Assembly: GCA_964016885.1 (NCBI GenBank) | Contig: OZ024751.1 | Location: forward strand, 41,354,001-41,418,000 | DNA: 64,000 nt | Direction: 5' to 3' | Source of the DNA: Eledone cirrhosa | Lineage: Eukaryota | Shown: positions 1 to 11,530 of the stretch, piece by piece | Numbering within the stretch: the stretch's first letter is position 1 | Layout of the letters: the number at the start of each line of letters is the position of its first letter | Notes under the pieces: generated by a model | The model's input: only the letters and a program-made list of their open reading frames with translations | The model's database searches: none | Told to the model about the DNA's origin: nothing | Translations under genes and position numbers: made by a program

Positions 1-526
1 ACTAACATACACACACACATAGATATACACTAATATACACACACACATAGATATACACTAACACATACACATAGATATACACTAACACATACACACACAT
101 AGATATACACTAACACACACACACAGATATACACTGACACACACACACAGATATACACTGACACACACACATAAATATACACTAATACACACGTCCATAC
201 ACACGCACATAGATATACACTAACACACACATAGATATACACTAACACACACGTCCATACACACATACATAGATATACACTAACACACACACGTCCATAC
301 ACACACATACACCCAAAGAAAAAGATATACACATAAATGTTTACATATACATACACACAAACAAGTATAAATATATACATAGATGTGTGCATATACATAC
401 ATACAAGTATAGATATACACAAAAACACACATACACAAACATACATACATACACGCTGAAATAAAAAAAATAGACATACAGATAATTGTATACATATATA
501 TATATAAACATACATTCACACGCTGA

Positions 527-1050
527 AATATAGATATATACATACAGATAAATCATACACAAACCCACACATACACACAGAGACAACATTAAAAGAGATA
601 CACAAACATACATACACACTGACAAATATAGATATATACATACAGATAAATCATACACAAACCCACACATACACACAGAGACAACATTAAAAGTGATACA
701 CAAACATACATACACACTAACAAATATAGATACATACATACAGATAAATCATACACAAACCCACACATACACACAGAGACAACATTAAAAGAGATACACA
801 AACATACATACACACTGACAAATATAGATATATACATACAGATAAATCATACACAAACCCACACATACACACAGAGACAACATTAAAAGAGATACACAAA
901 TATACATACACACTGACAAATATAGATATATACATACAGATAAATCATACACAAACCCACACATACACACAGAGACAACATTAAAAGAGATACACAAACA
1001 TACATACACACTAACAAATATAGATATATACATACAGATAAATCATACAC
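527..1050. repeat. 98-bp minisatellite (about 5 copies) within an AC/AT-rich low-complexity region spanning 1-1080
   Basis: CAGATAAATCATACACAAACCC recurs at 545, 643, 741 and onward with period 98. Confidence 0.9.
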
Positions 1051-1759
1051 ACACATACTTACACACAGACAATAACAAAGAGATACAGATTGTGCATATA
1101 TGCGTATATAGTTATACAGACTCACTAGAAAGACTTTTCCTTAAGCCATCAAAGACATTAGCAGTTTGGTATTTTGGTATTTAAGATGACCAGCAGGTTA
1201 AATAAACATAGTATGTGTTATGGGAACAACATAGCCCAAGGTCCTTAAGCAATTTCTTTGTTTAACTCATTTATTTTATGTCCTATTTCCAAACTAATCA
1301 CTGGTTATGCAAAGGACTTCCAAACAGGACGGTTTTTTTTTTTTATATATTTTAATCAGTAATGGAGAGAGTTAGACAAGCTCCACGTTTTTTCATGTGT
1401 TACTGAAAATTAACAATCAATCGGATTTATACAAAAAAAAAAAAAAGAAAAAAATTGAAACCCTCCTCAAATAAACATGGAAAAAAAAAACAAAAAAAAA
1501 AACAACAATAATAATAAAAAATAATTAAAAAAGGTTTTTTTTTTCAGCTTTCTGAAATTGGTAAAACAACCATATCTACAATTAAGATATGAGATATGAA
1601 GGATGGTGACATGAAATATGATAAAGTTTTAGTAATAAAAGTAATAAGAAACTTCGAAGTAATTATTTCTTTCTCTTCAAGGTTGGGTTTAGTTTCTAAG
1701 ACTGGTGTATACAAAATTTTACACACATATACACACACGCATACACCTTTCTTTAGGTA

Positions 1760-1783
1760 GGTATGTGTGTGTGTATATAACTA

Positions 1784-1818
<35 letters not shown>

Positions 1819-1847
1819 ATGTGTGTGTGTATATATATATATAAATA

Positions 1848-1881
<34 letters not shown>

Positions 1882-1882
1882 A

Positions 1883-1963
<81 letters not shown>

Positions 1964-2190
1964 AATGTGTGTGTGTATATATATATATATACATATGTAT
2001 GTGTGTGTGCGTACTGTGTCATTTGCTTTGCTTTGTTATTTCTGTTTACTTTTTACATACATGTATGTATGTATATATATATATATGCATGTGTATATAT
2101 ATATACATGTGCTTGTGTATATATACATATGTGTATGTGTATATACATATATATATATACATGAGTGTGTATGTGTGTATATATATATAC
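1760..2190. repeat. (TA)n/(TG)n compound microsatellite
   Basis: Direct reading; source of the YIYI-type ORFs. Confidence 0.95.
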
Positions 2191-2287
2191 AAATCTGTGT
2201 GTATAAACACACCTACACCTTCACACACACATTTTTCTTCCATTAAATATTGGAGGAGGGAGGGTGGCTATCCAATGGCAAAGGTTA

Positions 2288-2422
2288 TTAGCCGGTCAAT
2301 GGCCGTAGGTCCACCTTGACTTTTTCATCACTGCTCAACATGCCAATAGTTGGATAGAGACCATCCCTAGAAATTTTCATTTCCCGACTCCCAATTGTAC
2401 GTCCATTTCTGGTGAAAAACAC
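2288..2422 (-). CDS. SPRYD3: SPRY domain-containing protein 3, coding exon 10 (last)
   Basis: AG acceptor at 2424-2423; encodes VFFTRNGRTIGSREMKISRDGLYPTIGMLSSDEKVKVDLRPLTG*, matching the recognisable SPRYD3 C-terminus (VFFTRNG...PTIGMLS..EKVKVDL.PL.G). Confidence 0.95.
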   Translation of the reverse strand: MFFTRNGRTIGSREMKISRDGLYPTIGMLSSDEKVKVDLRPLTG

Positions 2423-2609
2423 CTGAGAACACAAGAGAAAAAAACAATATCTTAGTATTGCAGATATTGACGGATGAAAACTTATTTCTAAGAACAGAAG
2501 AATTCATGAAAATTATTATTAAAAACCCTCAAAACTCGATTAATAAACTTGTTCAGGAATAGCTCATATTTAAGTATGTATGGAAAATGGCAATATTTGA
2601 CAAAAGATG

Positions 2610-3835
2610 ACATGTTAAATGGTAATATTAACCAAAACATGACATACTAGATGGTAATATTAACCAAAACATGACATATTACATGGTAATATTAACCAAA
2701 ACATGACATATTACATGGTAATATTAACCAAAACATGACATACTAGATGGTAATATTAACCAAAACATGACATATTACATGGTAATATTAACCAAAACAT
2801 GACATATTACATGGTAATATTAACCAAAACATGACATACTAGATGATAATATTAACCAAAACATGACATAATATTAACCAAAACATGACATACTAGATGG
2901 TAGTATTAACCAAAACATGACATATTACATGGTAATATTAACCAAAACATGACATACTAGATGATAATATTAACCAAAACATGATATACTAGATGGTAAT
3001 ATTAACCAAAACATGACATATTACATGGTAATATTAACCAAAACATGACATATTACATGGTAATATTAACCAAAACATGACATATTACATGGTAATATTA
3101 ACCAAAACATGACATACTAGATGGTAATATTAACCAAAACATGACATATTACATGGTAATATTAACCAAAACATGACATACTAGATGGTAATATTAACCA
3201 AAACATGACATATTATATGGTAATATTAACCAAAACATGACATACTAGATGATAATATTAACCAAAACATGATATACTAGATGGTAATATTAACCAAAAC
3301 ATGACATATTACATGGTAATATTAACCAAAACATGACATATTACATGGTAATATTAACCAAAACATGACATATTACATGGTAATATTAACCAAAACATGA
3401 CATACTAGATGGTAATATTAACCAAAACATGACATATTACATGGTAATATTAACCAAAACATGACATACTAGATGATAATATTAACCAAAACATGATATA
3501 CTAGATGGTAATATTAACCAAAACATGACACATTACATGGTAATATTAGCCAAAACATGACATATTACATGGTAATATTAACCAAAACATGACATACTAG
3601 ATGGTAATATTAACCAAAACATGACATATTACATGGTAATATTAACCAAAACATGACATATTACATGGTAATATTAACCAAAACATGACATATTACATGG
3701 TAATATTAACCAAAACATGACATACTAGATGGTAATATTAACCAAAACATGACACACTACATGGTAATATTAACCAATACATGACACACTACATGGTAAT
3801 ATTAATCAATACATGACAAACTTCATGGTAATATT
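2610..3835. repeat. 32-bp intronic minisatellite (about 38 copies)
   Basis: Unit ATGGTAATATTAACCAAAACATGACATATTAC at 2651, 2683 and onward. Confidence 0.95.
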
Positions 3836-3838
3836 TAC

Positions 3839-4011
3839 CCGAACACAAGTTTCTGAAACTTGTTTGTCCCACATGTCATTGTCTTCAGAACTGCTATCAC
3901 TGAAATCTGCTGAATCTGTGACATCTTCAGGAGAATTTGATACAGAATCCCGACTGTCTACGTCGACTGTGTAGTCTCGAGGAAATGATATACCACAACC
4001 CATTCGATCAC
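3839..4011 (-). CDS. SPRYD3: SPRYD3 coding exon 9
   Basis: cag|GT GAT CGA ATG GGT TGT...GTT CGG|gtaaat; (G)DRMGCGISFPRDY...acidic loop; 173 nt, phase 1 to 0. Confidence 0.93.
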
Positions 4012-4522
4012 CTGAAATTAAAACAGTTGGTTAATTAAAAACTTAACATCCTGTAATGATTTAGTAGAAAATATCTAAAAATACGTTTGTTAATTCAGAT
4101 GTTTATAGTATTTTTACTAGTGGACAGACCACTGTGAAAATTTGCAGTAAACTAAAGTAAAGGCTTTGTTTGGCAAGCTTTCTTGGGCAGGATGACTGTC
4201 CAATCACCAACCACTTTACAGCATGTACTGAGTACATTTAATGTGTAGATCACCAACACTAGAGAGGCCGTCATGTTCTTGACATGACTGAAGGGTCCTC
4301 CTGACCCTTTGTTTGGCAAGCTTTCTATGGTTGGATGCCCTTCTTATCACCAACCACTTTACAGCATGTACTGGGTACATTTAATGTGTAGATCACCAAC
4401 ACTAGGGAGGTTGCATGTCCTTGATATAAATAATAAGCATGCAAAGAAATGTTGTGAATCTCTCATTGTAGTCTGTGTTGAAGGTGTGTTGAGATAGAAC
4501 TGAAATATTAACTAAAGCTTAC

Positions 4523-4585
4523 CTTTATGGCATTGTGGACCAAAAGGCTCACCAACTCCTGATCCAACAAATACTTTACCATCAT
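4523..4585 (-). CDS. SPRYD3: SPRYD3 coding exon 8
   Basis: (D)DGKVFVGSGVGEPFGPQCHK(G); cag and gtaagc sites; 63 nt, phase 1 to 1. Confidence 0.93.
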
Positions 4586-4692
4586 CTGAAATTGGAAATT
4601 AATTAATAGCAGAGGTCATTAAATATATTCAACAATATTCTAGACATTAAGAATGATTACATTTCAGGAGTATAACAGCATCAGTTGTTGTC

Positions 4693-4960
4693 ACCACCTT
4701 ACAGGGTGGACTGGGTGTTTTTTGTCATGACACCCCAGCACTACCACCTTACAGGGTGGACTGGGTGTTTTTGGTCATGGCACCAGCACTACCACCTTAC
4801 AAGGTGGACTAGGTGCTTTTTGTCATGGCACCAGAACTACCACCTTAGAGGGTGGACTGGGTGCTTTTTGTCATGGCACCAGCACTACCACCTTACAGGA
4901 TCAACTGGGTGCTTTTTGTCATACCACCAGAGCACTTCCATTTTACAGGGTGGACTGGGT
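4693..4960 (-). repeat. 48-bp tandem repeat (about 5.5 copies) derived from the RTE LINE 3' UTR
   Basis: Unit CCACCTTACAGGGTGGACTGGGTGCTTTTTGTCATGGCACCAGCACTA closely resembles the reverse complement of about 9172-9213. Confidence 0.8.
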
Positions 4961-5459
4961 GTTTCGTTTATGGTACCAATACAACCACTATAATGGCTGG
5001 ATTGGGTCTTCTTGTTGTGGCACTAGTACAGCCAGCTTTATAAACATGTTATACAAATTAAATAACAAATCCATCACTAACTCACATAAACATCATCATT
5101 TAACGTCCGTATTCCCTGCTAGCAAGGGTTGTACAGGTCACCACACACTGAGTCAGTACTCAAGCAGAGCTACTGACCTTTCAGATGGACAAGAGGCCTG
5201 CATTCTGCTTCTATCAAGTGCTCAAGTAGGCAGGAGACCTGCATCTTTCTTACATACATTCCCACACTCAACAGATTACATTTTATTGTAGCCCCAGCAC
5301 TTGGGAGGCTATCATGTCTTTGACACAGCTGAAGATTGCTCTCAGTCCCTTGTTTGGCAAGATTTCTATGACTGGATGAACTTCCCATCACATCTGACAC
5401 AAAACTGTATCATAAAAATCTAAGATGTAAAAAATTACAGAAAATATGTTTATACTGAC

Positions 5460-5517
5460 CTGCATGGTAAGCTATGGAACCAATATTCCACCCAGGGTAA
5501 CGATGTTTGGGATAGTC
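5460..5517 (-). CDS. SPRYD3: SPRYD3 coding exon 7
   Basis: DYPKHRYPGWNIGSIAYHA(D); tag and gtcagt sites; 58 nt. Confidence 0.93.
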
Positions 5518-5739
5518 CTAGAATCAAAAATACAAATTCTATCAACTTTCAACAAAAAGAAGTTTTAAGCTTTTTACTTTATTTTATTTTATTTTTATTT
5601 TTTTGTCTTAAAATCAAGTTTGAAAGCAAGAATCGAATCAGAGGATCAACTTTCAACAAAAAATGATTCCAAGGTTTAAGCATTTTTATTCATTTTTATT
5701 TTTTTCTGAGCAAGAATCAAACAAGAGAGATCAACTTAC

Positions 5740-5889
5740 ACGTCGGGCAAGTCCTATTGCTATAGAACAGTTCTCTCCAGGGTCAACAATTTCCAGTTCA
5801 AAATAATGGTATGTGGGATCAAGTGGTGACCTAGCTTGGGCCAAACCAACATCAATAAGTTTTTTTCCTCGACCTGTGTATTCCATTAT
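5740..5889 (-). CDS. SPRYD3: SPRYD3 coding exon 6
   Basis: IMEYTGRGKKLIDVGLAQARSPLDPTYHYFELEIVDPGENCSIAIGLARR, start of the second SPRY domain; cag and gtaagt sites; 150 nt. Confidence 0.95.
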
Positions 5890-6244
5890 CTGGAAAGAAT
5901 TCAATTTAATATTAAGAAATTTATTAAATTTACTTAAGATAAATAATAACAATGAAATGCTAGTAGTACCAGTAATAAAAAGAAACAAACACAAGTTGTG
6001 CCATAAACACGACAACCCCTTACTATGTGTGTTTATCTACATGATAAACACACCCAGTACACTCTCAAAAGTGGTTGATGATAGGAAGGGCACCCAGCTG
6101 TAGAAAACCTGCCAAACTTAGGGGTGTTTTCCTTGGTTTGGGTGTACTACTGAGCACCTTGTGTCTGGTGACCAGAGAAGCAGTTTCCCTGCAGGTTCAT
6201 CATGGTAGGTAATGTGACCAGCAAGAACCAAGCAAAAAATATAA

Positions 6245-6605
6245 GATGACAATGATGATGATGATGATGATGATGATAATGATGATGATGACGATGGTGA
6301 TGATGATAATGGTGACAATGATGATAGTGATGATGATGATGATGATGACAATGATGTTAATGATGATGACAATAATGATGATAATGGTGATGATAATGGT
6401 GACAATGATGACAATGATGATAGTGATGATGACAATGATGATAGTGATGACGACAATGATGGTGATGACAATGATGATGGTGATGACAATGGCAATGATG
6501 ATGACAATGATGATGGTGATGACGACAATGATGGTGATGACAATGATGATGGTGATGACAATGGCAATGATGATGACAATGATGATGGTGATGGTGATGA
6601 CAATA
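6245..6605. repeat. (GAT)n-derived compound microsatellite
   Basis: Direct reading. Confidence 0.95.
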
Positions 6606-6611
6606 ACTTAC

Positions 6612-6797
6612 ACATCCATTAAGGCGAATTTGGTGCAAGCGGGACCACTCATCATCAATGTTATCAACAGTCATTAAAATTACTTCATCGTGCTGGAAAT
6701 GGCTGTCCAAATGTAACTCTACTTCTTCTCCTTCAGAATGGAGACTAACTATAGGGAACAGACCCCCGTGGGGCCAGGGCACTACAACTGTACCAAT
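6612..6797 (-). CDS. SPRYD3: SPRYD3 coding exon 5
   Basis: IGTVVVPWPHGGLFPIVSLHSEGEEVELHL...DEWSRLHQIRLNGC; tag and gtaagt sites; 186 nt. Confidence 0.95.
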
Positions 6798-6819
6798 CTA
6801 GAGAAAAATAGAAAATAAC

Positions 6820-7366
6820 GGAAAATTTAAAATAGGAAAAATATAAAATATAAAAGTATAGAATATGAAAAATACACAAATAAGAATATAAATATAAAAA
6901 TATGAATATAAAATATATAAATATATAAATAAAAATATGAAAATATAAAATATAGAAATAAAAATATGAAAATATATAAATATATAAATAAAAATATGAA
7001 TATAAAATATATAAATATATAAATAAAATATGAAAATATAAAATATATAAATAAAAATATGAAAATATAAAATATACAAATAAAAATATGAAAATATATA
7101 AATAAAAATATGAAAATATATAAATAAAAATATGAAAATATAAAATATATAAATATATAAATAAAAATATGAAAATATAAAATATATAAATAAAAATATG
7201 AAAATATAAAATATATAAATAAAAATATGGAAATATAAAATACAGAAATAAAAATATGAAAATATAAAATACAGAAACAAAAATATGAATATAAAATATA
7301 TAAATATATAAATAAAAATACGAAAATAAAATATATAAATAAAAATATGAAAATATATAAATAAAA
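6820..7366. repeat. AT-rich degenerate minisatellite (AAATAAAAATATGAAAATATA...), resuming at 9425-9550 after the LINE
   Basis: The same unit lies on both sides of the LINE. Confidence 0.85.
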
Positions 7367-7367
7367 T

Positions 7368-9424
7368 GCATGGAAGAGTCATTATGATAGATTACTAAAT
7401 GAGGAGAATGCATGGGAAGAAGAGACCCTACCCCACGTAGACCCTATAGAGGGACCAGCAGTACAAGTCAGCGGCAGCGTAGTAAGTAAGGCAATCAGAG
7501 ATATGAAGATAGGGAAGGCAACCGGTCCATCGGGTATAGCTGCCGAGATGCTGAAGGCATCTGGGTCTGTAGGTCACACTATAACCACACGTATCGTTAA
7601 CCAGGTAATACTAGAGGGGGCCATACCAAAAGATTGGTGCAGTAGCATCATTGTCAACTGCTACAAAGGTAAAGGCGATGCACTAGATAGAGGAAACTAT
7701 AGAGGTATAAAGTTGATGGACCAGGTCATGAAAGTAACAGAAAGAGTTATAGCACAGCTGATTAGGGACCGGGTGAATATAGACGAGATGCAATTTGGGT
7801 TTGTTCCAGGGAAAGGCACCACTGATGCGCTCTTCCTTGTGAGGCAATTACAGGAAAAGTACCTAGCTAAAAGTAAGCCACTCTACTTGGCATTTGTCGA
7901 CCTTGAGAAAGCCTTTGACAGAGTTCCACGTGCAGTAATCTGGTGGGCTCTTAGAAAACTAGGAGTAGATGAATGGCTTGTGAAAGCGGTACAAGCCATG
8001 TATAGGGGAGCAGTCAGCAAAGTTAGGATTGGCAATGAGTATAGCGAGGAATTTAGCGTACAGGTTGGGGTCCACCAGGGCTCTGTTCTTAGCCCTCTCC
8101 TGTTCATCATAGTCCTGCAGGCAATAACGGAGGAGTTTAAGACCGGATGCCCATGGGAACTCCTGTATGCTGATGACCTCGCACTCATAGCTGAATCTAT
8201 GGTAGAACTAGAGAATAAATTCCAAACCTGGAAGCAGGGACTAGAGAGAAAGGGCCTCAAAGTCAACATGACAAAGACTAAGGTCCTTATAAGTAGACGA
8301 GAAAACAGAACCCAGATCCCCTCAGGGAAATGGCCTTGCTCAGTATGTAGGAAAGGTGTAGGTAGGAACTCCATTCTTTGCCCCAAATGCAAACAATGGG
8401 TACACAAGAGATGTAGCGGGATCTCAGGAAGCTTAATTAAGAATGTAGGATTCACATGCAGCAGCTGTGCTGAAACAGCAAGCAAACAGCCACAGGAAAC
8501 AAGTACCACCAATCTCTGGGAGGGCCCTGTAGAAACAGTAGACAGCTTCTGCTACCTAGGTGACCGAATTAGCAACGGAGGTGGGTGCTCAGAAAGTACA
8601 ATAACTAGGGTAAGAACGGGATGGAAGAAGTTTAGGGAACTACTACCACTGCTAGCTGCAAAAGGCTTCTCCCTCAGAATGAAAGGCAGACTGTATGATG
8701 CGTGTATCCGAACAGCGATGTTGCATGGTAGTGAGACCTGGGCGCTGAAGGTGGAAGACTTACGTAGATTAGAGAGAAACGAAGCCTGCATGCTCCGATG
8801 GATGTGTAACAGTAATATACGTGAACGACAAAGCATAAATGAATTGAGAGAGAGACTGAGCATAAGAGGAATCAAATGCTGCGTGCAGGAGAGGCGGTTA
8901 CGCTGGTATGGACATGTGATGCGTATGAAGGATGACAGCTGCATAAAAAGGTGCAGAGCACTAGAAGTTGATGGAAACCGCGGAGTGGGGAGACCCAAGA
9001 TGACTTGGGATGAGGTGATAAAAGCCGACCTTACCCAACTACACCTCTCAAAGTCAATGACACACGACCGTGACTTCTGGCGTCACGCAGTAATACAGGG
9101 TACCCGACCTCCCATGGGTACATGCTGAAGCATATAAACAATATGCCCCCCCACCGCAAGGTGGTCGTGGAGGTGCCACGGCAAAAAAGCACCCAGCCCA
9201 CACTGTAAAGTGGACGTGTAGGCGCCACGAAAAAGCACCCAGCACTCACTGTAAATGAGGTTGGTGTTAGGAAGGGCATCCAGCTGTAGAAATCAAGCCA
9301 GATCAGTTCCTCTATGAGCAAGGCATGGTCAGCCGACCAGACACTGCCCACAACAGGACAACCCGTCTAACCCATGCTAGCGTGGAAGAACGGACGTAAA
9401 ACGGTGATGATGATGATGATGATG
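7368..9424 (+). mobile_element. 5'-truncated RTE-clade LINE in SPRYD3 intron 4, antisense to the host gene
   Basis: GC-richer island; frame open from 7368 (AWKSHYDRLLNEE) to 9128; about 280-nt 3' UTR ending in (GAT)n, typical of RTE; no endonuclease domain present. Confidence 0.95.
7503..9128 (+). CDS. Non-LTR reverse transcriptase (RTE clade, partial ORF) with an internal PHD finger
   Basis: Motifs NYRGIKL, QFGFVPGKGTTDA, AFVDLEKAFDRV, GVHQGSVLSPLLF, LLYADD, FCYLG, RLRWYGHVMR, GRPKMTW; C4HC3 motif at 8337-8468. Confidence 0.95.
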   Translation: MKIGKATGPSGIAAEMLKASGSVGHTITTRIVNQVILEGAIPKDWCSSIIVNCYKGKGDALDRGNYRGIKLMDQVMKVTERVIAQLIRDRVNIDEMQFGFVPGKGTTDALFLVRQLQEKYLAKSKPLYLAFVDLEKAFDRVPRAVIWWALRKLGVDEWLVKAVQAMYRGAVSKVRIGNEYSEEFSVQVGVHQGSVLSPLLFIIVLQAITEEFKTGCPWELLYADDLALIAESMVELENKFQTWKQGLERKGLKVNMTKTKVLISRRENRTQIPSGKWPCSVCRKGVGRNSILCPKCKQWVHKRCSGISGSLIKNVGFTCSSCAETASKQPQETSTTNLWEGPVETVDSFCYLGDRISNGGGCSESTITRVRTGWKKFRELLPLLAAKGFSLRMKGRLYDACIRTAMLHGSETWALKVEDLRRLERNEACMLRWMCNSNIRERQSINELRERLSIRGIKCCVQERRLRWYGHVMRMKDDSCIKRCRALEVDGNRGVGRPKMTWDEVIKADLTQLHLSKSMTHDRDFWRHAVIQGTRPPMGTC

Positions 9425-9870
9425 AAAAATATGAAAATGTAAAATATATAAATAAAAATATGAAAATATAAAATACAGAAATAAAAATATGAAAATATAA
9501 AATATAGAAATAAAAATATGAAAATATAAAATATATAAATAAAATATACATATATAAACATAAAGAGGCAACAATAAATGAATAAATAAAATAGAATAAG
9601 TAAACATTACAGCAATACAACGGGAGGAAACATAATAGTATCACTGATGATGTCACAGGTGTGTGACGAAAGAAATCTGACAGACTATATATATATTTAT
9701 ATCTATATTTTTAACTATTGGTCAATCAATGATAAACATTGATTTCCAGCTAAATTAACTATAGGGATATAAAATATACTGAAGCAAAAACCAATCCAAA
9801 CCAATCAGTGAGTTTGGTTTGGGTTGGTTTTCATATTTATATATTTTGCAACAACCACGCAAAGGATTAC

Positions 9871-10018
9871 CTCATCTCCATTTCTAGTGAAGAAAACTTT
9901 CACCAGAGGGCGCACACCACTCACATCAGTCTGGTCAAATTTGATACCACAGCCAATTCTGTCACCGGTCAAGCATTTGGAACCAAATGGTCGACCAATC
10001 CCACAAGACTTGTATAAT
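9871..10018 (-). CDS. SPRYD3: SPRYD3 coding exon 4
   Basis: (R)LYKSCGIGRPFGSKCLTGDRIGCGIKF...VKVFFTRNGDE; cag and gtaatc sites; 148 nt. Confidence 0.95.
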
Positions 10019-10099
10019 CTGAAATAGTTAAGAAAATAGAAGACTTAAAAACATATAATTTAGAGTAAAAGAAGAAAGTACACCCTATATATATATATA

Positions 10100-10292
10100 T
10101 TATAAATAGTCGAAACAAGATGACTGAGCTCTTGCCATTTCAATAACTAGCTCCAGACTAACTGTTGAAAAAGCAAGAGCTCAGCTGTCAGGTCCCAACT
10201 CTTTATAATATAACCATACTCTACTACCCCAAATATCAAGTACTCTGTTGAGTAATGGTCTAACTAGTTTTAAACTGGTTCTATTTTGAGAT
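10100..10292. mobile_element. Degenerate (TA)n-flanked arm-loop-arm-tail element (family of 31606)
   Basis: GACTGAGCTCTTGC / GCAAGAGCTCAGCTGTC arms plus tail ACTCTACTAC...CAAGTACTCTG, similar to 31606-31803. Confidence 0.65.
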
Positions 10293-10676
10293 ATATATAT
10301 ATATATATATTTGAAAAAAGGAAAAGAATGATTTCACTTGTAGTTCTAAACAATTTAATTTTATAAATATTATAATTTTACAATTTGGTTTTGTAGATCT
10401 AGTAAGTTCTTTGATAACATCGGTGGATTTTTTTAAAGATTCTGGTTAATTTTCTTGGAGAACTTTCTCACATTCATCAGTGGTGCAATTGTCAAACTGA
10501 TCTCAGTATTTATACATTATATGGGAGAGTTAGGAAAATGTTTAAATGGAGGGGAATATTTCAGATTGATGAATATTTTCTGGCAAATGGAAAATACAGA
10601 CTTTGTTTGATGTGGGTGTTATAAATGTACCAATGCCTTATGGTAGAACAAATATCTGAAGAAACGTTTAACTTAC

Positions 10677-10764
10677 CGACCATCATCAGCATGGTAACCA
10701 ACTGAATCAACATTCCAGCCAGGTTGACAGTCTAGAGGATACCGGGAAGGTCCTAGACCAATGG
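10677..10764 (-). CDS. SPRYD3: SPRYD3 coding exon 3
   Basis: (A)IGLGPSRYPLDCQPGWNVDSVGYHADDG(R); cag and gtaagt sites; 88 nt. Confidence 0.95.
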
Positions 10765-10835
10765 CTGGAGAACAAAACAAAACAATATAAATATACAAAC
10801 ACACACACATATATATATACACACACACACACATA

Positions 10836-10889
<54 letters not shown>

Positions 10890-10932
10890 CATGAATATGA
10901 TAACATTGCAGTTAGAAGGTCAACTCTCTCTC

Positions 10933-10973
<41 letters not shown>

Positions 10974-10999
10974 TTATGCATAAAGTGAAAGTTCCTTAC

Positions 11000-11115
11000 C
11001 AGTAGTTCCCTGCAATCCACTGTCTAGGATTTCTACCTCGTAATAGTTTCTGTCTTGTGTGAGAGGATCAGCTGCTATATAAACTCCTACTTTGTCTTCA
11101 TCATTAACTATATAC
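11000..11115 (-). CDS. SPRYD3: SPRYD3 coding exon 2
   Basis: (S)YIVNDEDKVGVYIAADPLTQDRNYYEVEILDSGLQGTT(A); tag and gtaagg sites; 116 nt. Confidence 0.93.
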
Positions 11116-11329
11116 CTAAAGAGACAATTAAAATCACCATCATCATCACCACCATTTTTTTAATACAAACTTGTCCAAGCTGCTTTGGGTTCTATGTAAT
11201 AAAATCAACAATTTTAAAGGGCTCCTATTTAATTTAAAATCTTTCAACATAATTTTATATAACAACTTTATGTTACTATCTTAGTAATGAAATAATAAAT
11301 AATTTTAGTAAATCCTTCAAAATTCTTCA

Positions 11330-11530
11330 TTAACCCTTTAGCATTTACATTACTCTATATATACACAGTAAAGGCTTTATTTCGCATAATTATCTCACAT
11401 AATATCGAATCTATGAGATTTTGATATTATTTATTTTGAGAACAATACCTTAACATCAGTATGGCAGCCAGTTACAGCCGGTTTGAATGGAAAGAGTTGA
11501 GAGAATTCTGGCCAGATTCAGCTGGTTTAA
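11330..11530. mobile_element. piggyBac-like TTAA MITE with one terminus lost
   Basis: Begins TTAA-CCCTTTAGCATT; body matches the reverse complement of the complete copies at 23118 and 47450. Confidence 0.75.

Noticed and set aside
30-2319. Many 60-160 aa ORFs rich in Y/I/C/V/H/T, here and at 16280-16591, 43901-45284, 47924-51649 and 61214-62837
   Set aside because: Translations of (TA)n, (TG)n and (CATA)n microsatellites, which lack stop codons by composition.
6118-6677. Poly-Met, poly-Ser and poly-His ORFs
   Set aside because: (GAT)n microsatellite in SPRYD3 intron 5; only 6612-6797 is exon.
7883-8998. Antisense ORFs of 209 and 148 aa over the LINE
   Set aside because: Shadow frames of the RT coding sequence with no motifs.
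7340-9450. Target-site duplication for the RTE LINE
   Set aside because: Both flanks are the same AT-rich minisatellite, so a TSD cannot be distinguished from the repeat.
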